Shown one piece after another: positions 12,631 to 25,586 of a stretch of 64,000 bases of DNA. Within the stretch, counting starts at the first letter, position 1, and every line of letters begins with the position of its first letter. The stretch comes from Octopus bimaculoides (taxonomy: Eukaryota). The notes beneath the pieces were generated by a model. It did no database searches and was not told where the DNA came from. It saw only the letters and a program-made list of their open reading frames with translations. The translations under genes were made by a program, and so were the position numbers. The stretch spans positions 23,063,900 through 23,127,899 of the forward strand of contig NC_069001.1 in the NCBI RefSeq assembly GCF_001194135.2, in the 5' to 3' direction.

Positions 12631-12674
12631 AAAAAGATAAGAAAAGAAAATAATATCATTAGAATGAGCGTAAT

Positions 12675-13020
12675 CATTACCAGCGTTGCCTTCTAGCACT
12701 TGTGCTGGTGGCACATTAGAAAATCATTCGAGTGAGGTCATTGCTAGTGTCGCTGGACTGGCTCCCATGCAGGTGGCACTTAAAAAACACCATTTTGAGC
12801 ATGGCCATTGCCAGTACCCCCTAACTGGCCTTCGTGCCGGTGGCACGTAAAAGCACCCACTACACTCTTGGAGTGGTTGGCGTTAGGAAGGGCATCCAGC
12901 TGTAGAAACTCTGCCAGATCAGATTGGAGCCTGGTGCAGCCTTCTGTCTTGCCAGGCCTCAGTCAAATCGTCCAACCCATGCTAGCATGGAAAGCGGATG
13001 TTAAACTATGATGATGATAA
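12675..13020 (+). mobile_element. RTE-tail retroposon (3' UTR with three hairpin modules)
   Basis: Highly similar to 42661-43002; ends GGATGTTAAACTATGATGATGAT. Confidence 0.8.
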
Positions 13021-13734
13021 AGATGAATGGTGAGTGAAAGAAGAGCTCATTAAAAGAAGTTTACCCATTTCTCTAAAACCTCTTTAAAGAATTGCCAATT
13101 TATTCCATAAATGTTTCTTCACCTCTTATTTAAAGTACTTTTGTTTTGGTTATACTCAACGGTTTTGTTTATTATTGTCAACTCTTCTGAATTCTGCAAC
13201 TACTGCTTCTTCTGCTCCAAGCAAACTGGCTTGCTTAGCTCACCTACGTACTTCTGTGTCTGTAGCTCAGAAGAGCTTGTTGATGTTATCAGGAGGTCGT
13301 GTGGGCGTAACAATATATGCAAACACACACACACAATGGGCATCTTTCAGTTTCTATCTACCAAATCCACTCAAAAGTCTTTGGTCAACCTGACGCTATA
13401 GCAGAAGACATTTGCCCAAGGTACAATATAGTAGGATTGAACTCAGAGCCATGTGGTTGGGAAGCAACCTTCTTACCACACAGCTACACTGCACCTAGCA
13501 TGTTAACAAATGGAAAATTAATTACAGTTGGATAAGTTTCAGGTGAGAACAGGTGTCTGTGAGAAGCGTATCCACCTCATATGTCTGAGTGTAAATGGTG
13601 TGAGAAGAACTGTAGCAGCATAGTACACTGTTCCTGGCTCTTCGTTAGAACAGTACTTTGGGTCATTTACACATGTTCATGAAATGCCATTTGGAAATAA
13701 TTTTGTCCAATTGGTCATTTCTCTACTTAATGTT

Positions 13735-14115
13735 TCGCGATATTCATCTTGTCTTCACATTCTGAGTTCAAATTCCACCAAGGTTGATTTTGCTTTTCAT
13801 CTTTTCAGGGTCAATAAAATAAGCACCAGTTGAGCACAGAGGGTCAATGTAATCGACTTACCCCTCCCCCAAACCTGGTGGCCTGGTATCAAAATTTGAA
13901 ACAAATATATTTAAATTCACCCTTCTTTGACACACATACCACCACTTCAGTAGGCAGCAGATGTGTCTGAGTTCAAATTCCACCAAGGTTGATTTTGCCT
14001 TGCATCCTTTGGATGTCCATAAAATAAGTTTTAGCTGAACCCTGAGGTTGATGTAAACATATTATTCCCTCCCACGAAATTACTGCCCTTATGCCAAAAT
14101 TCAAAGCCAATATTA
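13735..14115 (+). mobile_element. Two decayed copies of SINE family B (Meta/MESC-like core)
   Basis: TCTGAGTTCAAATTCCACCAAGGTTGATTTTGC(T/C)TT(T/G)CATC core occurs twice. Confidence 0.7.
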
Positions 14116-14390
14116 CTGGATTAAATTCTTTGCATTTATCAAGGAAACAAAGCACCATAAAATATGCCTTCAAACTTTATCAGTTGATGTTTGAGTAGAG
14201 ACTGGCTTTAAACATGTCAGTGTTGGCTGGATTTAAAAAAAAATAAAACCTCATCTGATTTTCGAAACCCACCAAAAATGCAAATACCTCAACCACTTTT
14301 GAATTATGCACAAATTAAATAAATTAAACACAATGGAATGAAATATTCAGAAATAAAACTATGTACAGGTACTGTTATTCAGTGTCACAG

Positions 14391-15129
14391 ATATCTATCT
14401 ATCTATCCATCTATCTATCTATCTATCCATCTGTCTGTCTGCCTGCCCGCCGCCCGTCCGTCCGTCCGTCTGTCTTATCTGTCTATCTATCTGTCTATTT
14501 CTACATTGTATTGTCCCCCCTGTGTTCGACCCTGTGTGGCTAATAAAGAAATGTATCTATCTATATGGCTCTCTCTATTTGTCTGTCTATCTGTCTGTCT
14601 ATGTTATTTATCTCTATCTATCTGTCTGTCTGTCAATCTATCTATCTATCTACCTACCTAATCTGTTCCTGTCTGCCTGTCTCTCGCTTTATCTATCTAT
14701 GTTTACCTACCTACCTACATACATACATACATACATACATACAAACATATCTATCCATATACCTATCTATCTATTTAATCTATCACTGTATCTCTCCATC
14801 TATATCTACCTACCTACCCACCAATCTATCTGTCTATCTGTCTTGTCTATCTATTTATTTAATGTATCTATCTATCTATCTATCTATCTATCCATCCATC
14901 CATCCATCTATCTATCTATCTATCTATCTATCCATCTGTCTGCCTGCCCGCCGCCCGTCCGTCCGTCCGTCTGTCTGTCTATCTATCTGTCTATTTCTAC
15001 ATTGTATTGTCCCCTCTGTGTTCGACCCTGTGTGGCTAATAAAGAAATTTATCTATCTATATGTCTCTCTCTATTTGTCTGTCTATTTATCTGTCTGTCT
15101 GTCTGTCTTGTCTATCTATTTATTTAATG

Positions 15130-15162
<33 letters not shown>

Positions 15163-15235
15163 GTTTGTCTGTCTGTCTGTATTCAGCACATACATACATA
15201 CATACATACATACAGCACATACATACAACACATAC
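14391..15235. repeat. Compound (TCTA/TCTG/TACA)n microsatellite with a 496-bp-period duplication
   Basis: A unique 50-mer CTACATTGTATTGTCCCC...TAATAAAGAAAT occurs at 14501 and 14997. Confidence 0.9.
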
Positions 15236-16149
15236 ACGTCACACATAAATAATTGTGGTTGTAAGTTATTCAGTGTGATTTTTGTGTCTGTTCTCTTCTA
15301 ACATGGTCTGTGTTGTTATTCACTGTGCATTTATATGACAACCTTTGCGTCTGTGTACACCTAAGTGTGATTGATCATATTATCTCGGACAGCACACCTT
15401 AATTTATTAGAAGCTGTTTGACACAACCTTGTACATTCTTCTTTCCATCTATCTGTTTGTCAATGGCTAGCAAGCTTGTTGGCAGTAATCTCAATGTAAT
15501 TGATTCAGACAGTTAAATGTAAATCTTATACATCACTTTCAGTTTAGCAATCAGTCTAATAGTTTTTCCTCAAAGTAGGGTGTCCTATTGCCTGGTTTCA
15601 TGATTTTTCTATTGTAACTTAGATTCATTGAGATAATATCCATCCAAATATTTTTGTTTTCTGTCTTAAGCAATTCAATGAACTGTTGTCCATAAAATGT
15701 CAATATCTTATGCAAACATATATCTTCTTAATGCATTTCTTTCATCCAAATTTTCCACACTAATCTTGCTAGATGTTGTTGTTGTTGTTATTTAGACTAA
15801 AACCAAGCAAATTATGATCAAAGCATTCCAAGCATGACCAAACCAACATATTTTCATGTATCCATTATTATATTATCTAATGTGTCCTTCCTTTTATAAC
15901 ATTGTAAGGTGTGGTTTGAAGGACATTTGGTAGTTATTTCTAATAGGTTGAATGACCACGTAGAAGCTACCTCGTTGAGTCTGACCAATGAACAGATGTG
16001 AGACAGTAGAGTGGGTACAGCATTGATCTCATTGCTTAAGTGTTATGGGTTCAAATTAAACTTTAAGACTGGCACTCTGTCAATTACTATGACAAAGGTT
16101 CCAGTTGATCCGATCAATAGAACAGCATGCTTATGAACTTAACAGACAA

Positions 16150-16410
16150 GTGGCGGGTAGGCACATGGCTTAGTGGTTAGGGTGTTGGACTAATGATCTT
16201 AAGATTGTGGTTTCAGTTCCTGGACTGGGTGACAGGTTGTGTCCTTGAGAAAAACACTTCATTTCGTGTTGCTCCAGTCCACTCAGCTGGCAGAGTGAAT
16301 GACCCTGTAATAGATCGGTGTCCCATCGAGAAGGGGAATATATATGTCATGAAACCTGGGAAATGGGCCCTTATAAAGTGGCATGACTCAAGAAGGTAAA
16401 TTTACTTTAT
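16150..16410 (+). mobile_element. tRNA-derived SINE family C (CORE-like)
   Basis: A box TGGCTTAGTGG, B-box-like GTTTCAGTTCC, GTCCTTGAGAAAAACACTTCATT core. Related fragments at about 31960-32240 and 33880-34050. Confidence 0.65.
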
Positions 16411-16734
16411 TTACTGGAAGGGGATCCAGCAGTAGAAACCCTTGCCAAATCAAATCGGAATCTGGTGCAGGTCCCTGGCTTACTAGTTCTCAGTCAAACC
16501 ATCCAACCCATGCCAGCATGGAAAACGAACATTAACTGATGATGATGATGATTTCGAATATGCAGTTTATAGCGTTTCTATAAAAGATACTTAGTTGCTT
16601 TTTGCCTCCATGTATCTAAATTGTCGTTTAGCCACAGGTCAGGTCAGCACTGATCTAGCTGATCTATGATCAAAGACATTCTAACCATGACTACTCTGTC
16701 TAATATTTTGGTAGGATATATATTTATAACTACA

Positions 16735-16945
16735 TTAAGGTGGTGAGGTGGAAGAAGCATTAGCACACTGGATGAAATGCTTACCAGCATTTCATCCTTG
16801 TTCACATTCTGAGTTCAAATTCTACCAAGGTTGACTTTGCCTTTCATCTTTTCAGGGCCAATAAAATAAGTGCCAGTTGAATATTATGGGTTGATTTAAT
16901 CGACTTATGTCCTCCCTTGTAATTGCTGATCTTGTGCCAAAATTT
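16735..16945 (+). mobile_element. SINE family B copy
   Basis: GAGTTCAAATTCTACCAAGGTTGACTTTGCCTTTCATC core. Confidence 0.7.
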
Positions 16946-18517
16946 GAAACCAATACATTTATGACAACATTATCCAACGTGTTCTGCCTTTTTAATGGTA
17001 GTAGGATCTTATTTGAGTGGCATTTGGCTGTTATAGGTATCAGGCAAAACAATTGTGTAAAATTTCACTCTTTGGTTCATTCGAGTGTTTAACTGTTAAA
17101 AAGAAATACCAGATCATCTGAGGGAGGAAGCGAGAAAGAGATGAGAGAGGAGACAGCTAAACTACCTTGTCATAAACATGAGTGCTGTTCCTATGATGTC
17201 ATGGATTTTAGAGAGCCTTTTGAAGTCTGGATTAAACTCACATTTCATATCAGTTCCATCCTCACACTGGTCTTCAATTATTCAATTTAGTTCAGGCTGC
17301 AGTGGAATTAGATTTGCTTTCAAAAGTTTCAAGTAGAAATTCCTCATGTGACAGACTCTACTATCAATTTCGATGTATGAGAGCCTGGAGGCTTAGTATA
17401 CTTGTTATTACTTGTGTTTGTGTCTCTGATGTGTCTTCAATCACGCTAAAGATTTGCAAGGTTGTCCACACTGAGGACAGGACACAGAACCATTACAACG
17501 ATCCCCCGGGAATACATTTCTGTATTTTGCCCCAGTTCTTCAAAACAAGATTGATATCCATTTAAATCACGCTTGGGCAAGCTCTTCAAATTACTATATA
17601 CAGTAATAGGTAAGTACAATCCAGGGATCCAAGTGTAGAAAGTAGGTTTCAAGCATTTAAATGGTTAGTACAAATAAGAAAAGGTAGACGATATATGATA
17701 AACTATATTTATTAACATTATACGTTCTGATACTTTTGGTTTTCCTGATATTTGACTGTATTATTATCCCTCAAAATCCCAGTGGAAATGAGTATAGTTT
17801 TGTTCATTGATGCAGCATATTTGAGATCTCTACTACAACTACTACTACTACTGTCATTGTTTTTATTTTAGTGGTTGTTTTCTCATTCGTCTGCAAATAT
17901 GGGAAACAGCTTTCGACATGCATGATTCAGTGACATCATTGGAAATACAAATGCTTGTGGTAAACAAGTTTCTTAGTCAATGGTTCCAAATATTTTTGAG
18001 TTTGTAGTGCACTAGGATCAAAAAACATATTACAAGCAAACTTTGCATGGACTGTTAAAAACAAAATATCCTGTTGGTGCAAGTGTGGCTGTGGGGTAAG
18101 AAGTATGCTTACCACATGGTTTCAGGTTCAGTTCAACTGCATGAAACCTTTGGCCAATGTCTTCTACTATAGCCTTAGATCAATCAAAGCCTTGTGAGTG
18201 GATTTGATAGATGGAAATTGAAAGAAGCACATTGTGTGTGTATATATATATACATATATATATATAAATAGTAGTCATTGCTGATGAGCTAAGCAAAACT
18301 AGCTAGCTAGTATAGTGACTTGGTTACTGTGGGGCACTATCTCCCCAGTCAGTACATAGATTTGTGCTTTTTTGTGGCTATAAGGGTCTTTGACTCTAGT
18401 TTCTAGCAATGTAGGTGCTACCCTGCAACCTCAGTCACTATTAGTGACAAATGAAATTTTCCTTTATTTTATATATATGTATGTATAGAGTGTTAGGTAT
18501 GGTGTACAGGAATTGAT

Positions 18518-18812
18518 TATTGAGAAAAAACTCTGTCAGAATTTTGGAAAAAAAATCTTTTTATTTCTTCATTATTATTAGCTCTTTTGTTTATTTCTGG
18601 AACTTGTCAAATGAAATTTTGTGAATGTACAAACAGCTTGTTCATTTATATAAAGCAGATGTTTTTGGGGGTCTCAGTACCTCATCTGTTTTATATTAAT
18701 GAACAAGCTGTGTGTACATTCACAAGACTTTATCTGACAAGTTCCAGAAACAAATGAAATAATAAAGAAATAAAAAGATTTTTTTTTTCCAAAATTCTGA
18801 CGACTTTTTTCT

Positions 18813-18817
<5 letters not shown>
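18518..18817. mobile_element. Palindromic MITE / foldback (about 140-bp arms)
   Basis: 18518-18661 is an imperfect inverted repeat of 18683-18817 with a 21-nt spacer; TA at both ends. Confidence 0.75.
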
Positions 18818-18847
<30 letters not shown>

Positions 18848-19003
18848 AATTATAAAAAAAAAAACATACCAACATTTTTGGTTACTTGTAACAAAATTAT
18901 AAATACATGATTTGCAAGATCTTCCACTTGCAGCATGGATATTCTAAGGTCTCAAAATAAATTTTAAAACCATAGAGCATTGTAAAACCTACATACAGCT
19001 TAC

Positions 19004-19075
19004 ATTTTGAGAACTGCTGCTGTGTGTTAATATAATCTAATGTTCCATCTGTTAGGTATCTTTCTACCAAGTAAA
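19004..19075 (-). other. Candidate 72-nt internal coding exon of an unidentified host gene
   Basis: GTCAG| acceptor with upstream TTTCTTTC, |GTAAGC donor, phase 1-1, open frame (V)YLVERYLTDGTLDYINTQQQFSK. Confidence 0.35.
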
Positions 19076-19200
19076 CTGACATTTATTACATGAAAGAAAT
19101 TTCAGAGTTATTCAATTTTGATGTAGTACATTTAAGATATTAGTTTTTCAAAACGTTGTTAATTCAGTGACAACATGAAGTTAAGCATACATACATATAT

Positions 19201-19903
19201 TATGGGTCATTCCATAAATAATGGAGTTTTTTCAATTGCATAAACTAAAAGATGGAGCGGGACGGGATAAAATATCTGTATTGACTTGCTATAAAAGCTG
19301 ATAGTAATTTCACCTTGTACTTATTCTTAGTGCAAGTTTTAAAGAGTACAGTTCAATAATAACACTTATTTTTTCAAAGCTATAATGGAAGTGGCAAAGG
19401 AGCATATTCGGCATATTTTATTTTATGAGTTCAATAAAGGCAACAAAGCAATGCACATTACAAAGAATACTAATGCAGTATATGGGGATTGGACAATAAG
19501 CGTAAGTCAGTGTCAATGGTGGTTCCAGAAATTCCAAGCAGGAAAGTACAGCCTAGAAGATGAGCCACATCCTGGAAGATATGTAGAGCTTGACAAAGAT
19601 GTCCTGTAAACCCTTGTGGAACAAAATCCCATCGTAACTGTTGAGGAACTAGCAGAGAAGCTTGGATTTGGTCATTCAACCATTCATTGACACCTCTGTG
19701 CCATCAGAAAAGTCAGCAAATTGGGTCAATGGGTGCCTCACAAAGTTTCTGAGTCCAATCGTGTGCAGAGAGTGAATGTGTGCTCTTCTTTGCTGTCACG
19801 TCTCACCATAATGAATGTTAAGTGCCAAAGACAGTGGGTAGGGAAAGGAGAAACACTGGCACCCCAGGCTAAAGAATGTCTTCACCTATATAAGGTGTTA
19901 TCT
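19201..19903 (+). mobile_element. mariner transposon 5' half (transposase pseudogene from 19385)
   Basis: MEVAKEHIRHILFYEFNKG...LEDEPHPGR...KLGQWVPHKV: HTH region and WVPHEL-like motif, with in-frame stops. Starts at a TA. Confidence 0.9.
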
Positions 19904-20760
19904 GTTATTGAGGCCTTCACTGGTGCATTCCACCAGTATTCCTTTTCATTATGAGTGACTATGGCTTCTACCATATTGTGGGTTCTTATTTCTTTGTCCT
20001 TGGGATTATCCTTTCAACGGATTTCATTATAGAGGGTCCTCACTACAACGTCATGTCTCTTCGGTAGATAATACCAAGATAACACTTTTGGACAACTGTT
20101 TGATGTGGGTGTTATCTTCAGTGTGAACTGCATCAGTTGTCACATTTTACTGCTTCTCCTGCATCACTATTCCTTTTATGCATCAGGTATTTGGTTGATA
20201 TTTCCTGTTCTGGGATTGCAAATGCATACCCTTCAAAATTGGAGGTTGTAATCCAGCTATTCATCCATGATAAACTGCTTTGGTGATCTATCATCATGGA
20301 GCTTTCTACTAACATATCCATGCATAGTCTTCTGCTCATATAGGCTTATCCTCTCATCTGATGATACGTTGCGGTACAGCCATGTGACTTCTTTGGGCAT
20401 GTATTCTAGGTTATCAGACAAAGAGTGTTGCTCAAGGAGCTGCCTTCCAAGTCTTATGATGTTAAGCCTCTGCCACCTTGTTTATGTTTTAGGTAGAGGC
20501 AGTCTACATCACTGCTTATGTGGAAATTATGTGTGACTGTTAGTATTTTTCAGGTTTTCACATCAGTGGCTCTGATCTCATCAAGTGTCCAATCAAGCAG
20601 CCCAAATATTGGTATGAGTACTGGCACTACAAACACATTGTGAGTCATTGTCTTACTGAATACAGAGAGTTCTGAGGCCCAAATTTTCTGTATTCAGCTG
20701 TAATATTCTTTAGTGACACATATTTTGTTACATGTGCCATTGTAAGATACAGTTTCATCC
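19904..20760 (-). mobile_element. R4/Dong-like (RLE) non-LTR retrotransposon fragment
   Basis: Minus strand SELSVFSKTMTHNVFVVPVL...SDVDCLYLKHKQGGRGL...FEGYAFAIPEQEISTKYL, typical of the RT thumb to zinc-knuckle linker. Confidence 0.7.
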
Positions 20761-21349
20761 ACTCCATAGATACTTGCTGCATTCCTCATCAGATACAGGG
20801 GAAACAGTCAATATGTATGTATGGATGGATGGATGTACATACATACATACATACATACATACATACATACATACATACATACATGTATGTATTTGGAGAG
20901 TGAGAGAAAGAAAGAACTGATGTATGAACATCATAAAATATATCCATGGCATTTGAATTATGGATATTTTCAGAAATCTAAATGATTCAGCTTTTTATTT
21001 TAGATATACAGACAGATATATACATTGAAAATTTATGCTGAAAATGACATCGGAGAAAACAAAATGTTATTTGTAATTGAATGTTCAGAGAAACATTAAA
21101 TAAGCAGAATTGTCTTTGACATTTTGAGCTTAAGCATTTTTTCCAAAAGTCAGAGACAGAAGGAAGTGCAGAGGAAGGAAAGAATAAAGAGAGTATTGTA
21201 AAAACATGTTCTGTTCTAAAAATATATATATTAACAGAGGAAGTATAAATACTGAGGAGTAATATTTATCGCCACTTAAACATGGATGCTCTGTTAGAGC
21301 AAACTATTCTATGATACATACCATGACAGAAACTCTTGTATTAGTTTTT

Positions 21350-21551
21350 GGCGAGCTGGCAGAAACGTTAACACGACGTGCGAAATGCTTAGCGGTATTT
21401 CATCTGCTACTACGTTCTGAGTTCAACTTTGCCTTTCATCCTTTTGGGGTCGATTAAATAAGTACCAGTAATGCACTGTGGTCGATATAATCGACTTAAT
21501 CCGTTTGTCTGTCCCCTCTGTGTGTAGCCCATTGTGGGCAGTAAAGAAATA
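21350..21551 (+). mobile_element. SINE family B, near full length, with long TSD
   Basis: GGCGAGCTGGCAGAAACGTTA head; TTTCATCCTTTTGGGGTCGATTAAATAAGTACCAG core; 26-nt direct repeat at 21328-21353 and 21552-21577. Confidence 0.9.
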
Positions 21552-22473
21552 AGAAACTCTTGTATTAGTTTTTGGCGCAAAATGCACTCTCATTTGTATC
21601 ACTAGCATGGAGATAAATCCTTGCCACCTCCTTGATTCATTTTGCCAATGATGGATACTTGACATGTTAAAGAGAGCAGCTACTCATCTTCCTGCCAGTG
21701 ATACATAGACAGACAGTGCCAGAACAGTCTCTGATATCACGATTATCCAGAGAGTTTGTATTAATACTTCCTCTGTCACTAATATATATATTTTTCATTA
21801 AACTCATTGGCTAATCACAACATCAGTGCCTCTTCCGGTGCCATTTTTCTATATATTGCTGGTGGAGAGATGAATTATTCTTATCTCTAGCTGTCAAGTG
21901 TCCATCATTGACAAGACCAAGAAAGGTCAAAATCACATGATTTGGTGGTCTCAACATTGGAGACCATTGTGCATAAATTTCTAAAACACATTCTAGACAT
22001 GGCCATCACAAAATTTTGGTGAACATTAACTATCAGGGATTGATACCCAATGCATTCCTTTGCAAGAAAGTAGCCAGCAATATGAAGAGGCATTTACTCC
22101 TACTTCTAGCAGGGTGAGCAATCACAAAGATGTTTTTCTGGGGCGGGGGTGAAGATATGGGATGTAAATGGTCAACACCTACTATGGTACAGGAAAAACC
22201 AATGAAGATGTGAAGAGGCAAGGCAGATCTGTTGATGTCTTGGTTTACTGGAAAAGACCAGAAAGAGTCAGTAGATGTGGAAATATTTCATATTGCATAA
22301 TGATTCAACTTCTAGAAGCATGACAAAAGAGATGTGACATACTGGCACTTATTATACTATATATACATGCACACACACACATAAATACATATATACCTAC
22401 ATATATATAATAAATATATATTTATATATACACACATATATAGATGTATATAATTATAATATATATAATTATA

Positions 22474-22504
<31 letters not shown>

Positions 22505-22815
22505 CCATATAGTAGAAAGGAGTAATTATTATTGGTGTTTTGTTTTTATTGTTATTATTACTAACAACAACATATTTCTTTTAACCTTAATACAATATAT
22601 CTGTATGCATGTGTATACATAATATGATACTATATATATGTATACGCATATATATTTAAAGCATGTGTATAAACGTATATGTGTTTGTGTGTGAGTGTGT
22701 ATCTGTACATATTAATAAATGCAATATATATGTATGTATGTATGTATGTATATATATAAATATATAAATATATGTATATATATATAAATATATGTATATA
22801 TATATATATATATAT

Positions 22816-23106
22816 NNNNNNNNNNNNNNNNNNNNNNNNNNNNNNNNNNNNNNNNNNNNNNNNNNNNNNNNNNNNNNNNNNNNNNNNNNNNNNNNNNNNN
22901 NNNNNNNNNNNNNNNNNNNNNNNNNNNNNNNNNNNNNNNNNNNNNNNNNNNNNNNNNNNNNNNNNNNNNNNNNNNNNNNNNNNNNNNNNNNNNNNNNNNN
23001 NNNNNNNNNNNNNNNNNNNNNNNNNNNNNNNNNNNNNNNNNNNNNNNNNNNNNNNNNNNNNNNNNNNNNNNNNNNNNNNNNNNNNNNNNNNNNNNNNNNN
23101 NNNNNN
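22816..23106. other. Assembly gap (N)
   Basis: Run of N flanked by TA repeats. Other gaps: 25121-25434, 28915-29010, 35947-36688, 50888-51234, 54964-55005. Confidence 1.
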
Positions 23107-23796
23107 ATATATATACATATGTGTGTATATATACATATATATATATACATATGTGTGTATATATACATATATATATATACATATGTGTGTATATATACAT
23201 ATATATATATACATATGTGTGTATATATACATATATATATATACATATGTGTGTATATATACATATATATATACATGCATACAAATGTGTATATATAAAA
23301 TATACATACAGGATCATATTATCCATGCATCATAAATTAAATGTGTATGAATAAATTTTCTAACTGAATGCATAGAAATTGTAAGTACATGTATGCGCAT
23401 TATTCAATGCAAGATAGCTTTTGTGTAGGGAAGTATAAAAAAAGAAAAAGAGTGGCGGTGGTGATGGTAGGGGGAGATTTGGAGGTGAGTTTGAGGGGTT
23501 CATTATAGTGTAAGAATGGTTAGAAGGAGAAATTGCATATTAATATCCAATCTGATAAATCCAATAAAATATAAGTGAATCAGAAGTACCCCAGCCTCAA
23601 GTCAATAGGGGTATTTTCATAGAGTATCGCAAACAACTTTTATCTTTTACTTGTTTAAGTCACTGGACTACAGCCATACTGGAGCACTGCATAATTTGGT
23701 TTTTGCTGAATAAAACGATTTAAGTTCTTATTTGCTTTTTAAAGTCTGATACTTAGAGTTATATTTTCCTTCACTGTTGCTGAAATGATAAACAAG

Positions 23797-24170
23797 TGTA
23801 GGTGTGGCTGCGTGGTAAGAAGTTTGATTCCCAGTCACATGGCTTTGGGTTCAGTTCCACTGTGTGGCAACTCAAGCAAGTATCTTCTGCTATAGACTCA
23901 GACCAACCAAAGTCTTGTGAGTGGATTTGGTAGATGGAAACTGAAAGAAGCCAATCGTTTATGAGTGTGTGTGTCTTTGTGTCTGTGTTAATCCCCTACC
24001 ACAACTTGACAGCCAGTGTTGGTATTTTGACATCCCCATAACTTAGCAGTTCAACAAAAGAGACTGGTATAATAAGTACGAGACTTAAAAAGAAAATAAG
24101 TACTGGGGTCGATTAGTTAGTGCCCCAGCATGGCTGCAGTCTAATGACTGAAAGAAGTAAAAGATAAAAG
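23797..24170 (+). mobile_element. SINE family A full-length copy
   Basis: Same head, core and tail as 8239-8638. Confidence 0.85.
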
Positions 24171-24640
24171 AAACCAAGATTGGTTGTCATGTGATCAGGA
24201 GGACAACCACAAAGACACACACGCACACACCCATGCATGTGTGACTACACATAAACATACACACATATATGTTCAAAGACAAACAAATCTGAAGCAAATT
24301 TGGAGTAGAAAGAGGGCATATCATTGATGAGATCATAAATAGCAATGAAAGGACTTTAGCAGACAACTGATTAATTGCTTCTCTGATTGATTAAGCAAGG
24401 AAACAATTAGTTAGTTGGCAAGATAACTAACCAGTTGACTAATAATAAAGAAGTGAAGTTGAACCAGTGTGTGTGTGAGTATTCATTATTGGCATAGTGA
24501 CTCTCCAAAAATACAAAAAAAAAATGATTTATTTCAACATAGTTCACACCAAGAAATATTCAAACCAAATGTGGAAATGAAATGTGTGAGTGTGTGTGTG
24601 TGCGTGTGTGCATGTATCTGTGTGTTTGTGTGTACACTAC

Positions 24641-24840
24641 CATCATCATCATCATCATCATTTGACATCCATGTTCCATGCTGGCATGGGTTGGACAATT
24701 TGACAAGGTTCTGATGAGTTGAAGGACTGCATTATGTTCCAGTGTTTGCATTAGCATAGTTTCTATGGTGGATGCCCTTTCCAGTGCTAACCACTTTACA
24801 GTGTGTACAGGGTGCAATTTTTGTGCCACTGGCACTATGG
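24641..24840 (-). mobile_element. RTE-type 3' tail
   Basis: (CAT)n, CCATGCTGGCATGGGTTGGAC and GGATGCCCTTTCC motifs. Confidence 0.6.
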
Positions 24841-25088
24841 AGGTCCCCATGTTGCTCTCAAGTTAACAAACCCAACAAGAGTGCTGCATTTATATGCTTG
24901 AAGGGGTGAGGGTGAGGGTATGGGGGAAGAGGTTAGATTAGAGAAGGTTCTTGTAGAGGGGGCTCCATGGCTACTGACATTAAGAAGAGAAAGTGAGAAT
25001 AGATTAGAAGTGTCTCTAAGGAAATTGACAGTAGTGATGAGGTGTCCAGGTGGCACCTCAGTTTTCAGGTGCAGTAGTGGGTAGGGGA

Positions 25089-25120
<32 letters not shown>

Positions 25121-25434
25121 NNNNNNNNNNNNNNNNNNNNNNNNNNNNNNNNNNNNNNNNNNNNNNNNNNNNNNNNNNNNNNNNNNNNNNNNNNNNNNNN
25201 NNNNNNNNNNNNNNNNNNNNNNNNNNNNNNNNNNNNNNNNNNNNNNNNNNNNNNNNNNNNNNNNNNNNNNNNNNNNNNNNNNNNNNNNNNNNNNNNNNNN
25301 NNNNNNNNNNNNNNNNNNNNNNNNNNNNNNNNNNNNNNNNNNNNNNNNNNNNNNNNNNNNNNNNNNNNNNNNNNNNNNNNNNNNNNNNNNNNNNNNNNNN
25401 NNNNNNNNNNNNNNNNNNNNNNNNNNNNNNNNNN

Positions 25435-25498
<64 letters not shown>

Positions 25499-25517
25499 GA
25501 TATATGTATATATATAG

Positions 25518-25552
<35 letters not shown>

Positions 25553-25586
25553 GATATATATATAGATATATATATAAGTATATATA

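Noticed and set aside
17852-17960. Plus-strand exon candidates here and at about 2329-2397, 33763-33840 and 41849-41945
   Set aside because: Short open frames with plausible acceptors are expected by chance; no recognisable homology and no consistent phase chain.
24364-24417. 54-nt imperfect hairpin as a pre-miRNA
   Set aside because: It is short and AT-rich, with a large loop and no recognisable seed; plausible by chance.
24835-25056. ORF read as the AP-endonuclease N-terminus of an internally deleted RTE
   Set aside because: Similarity to the TLRVGTLNVGT motif is too weak to support.
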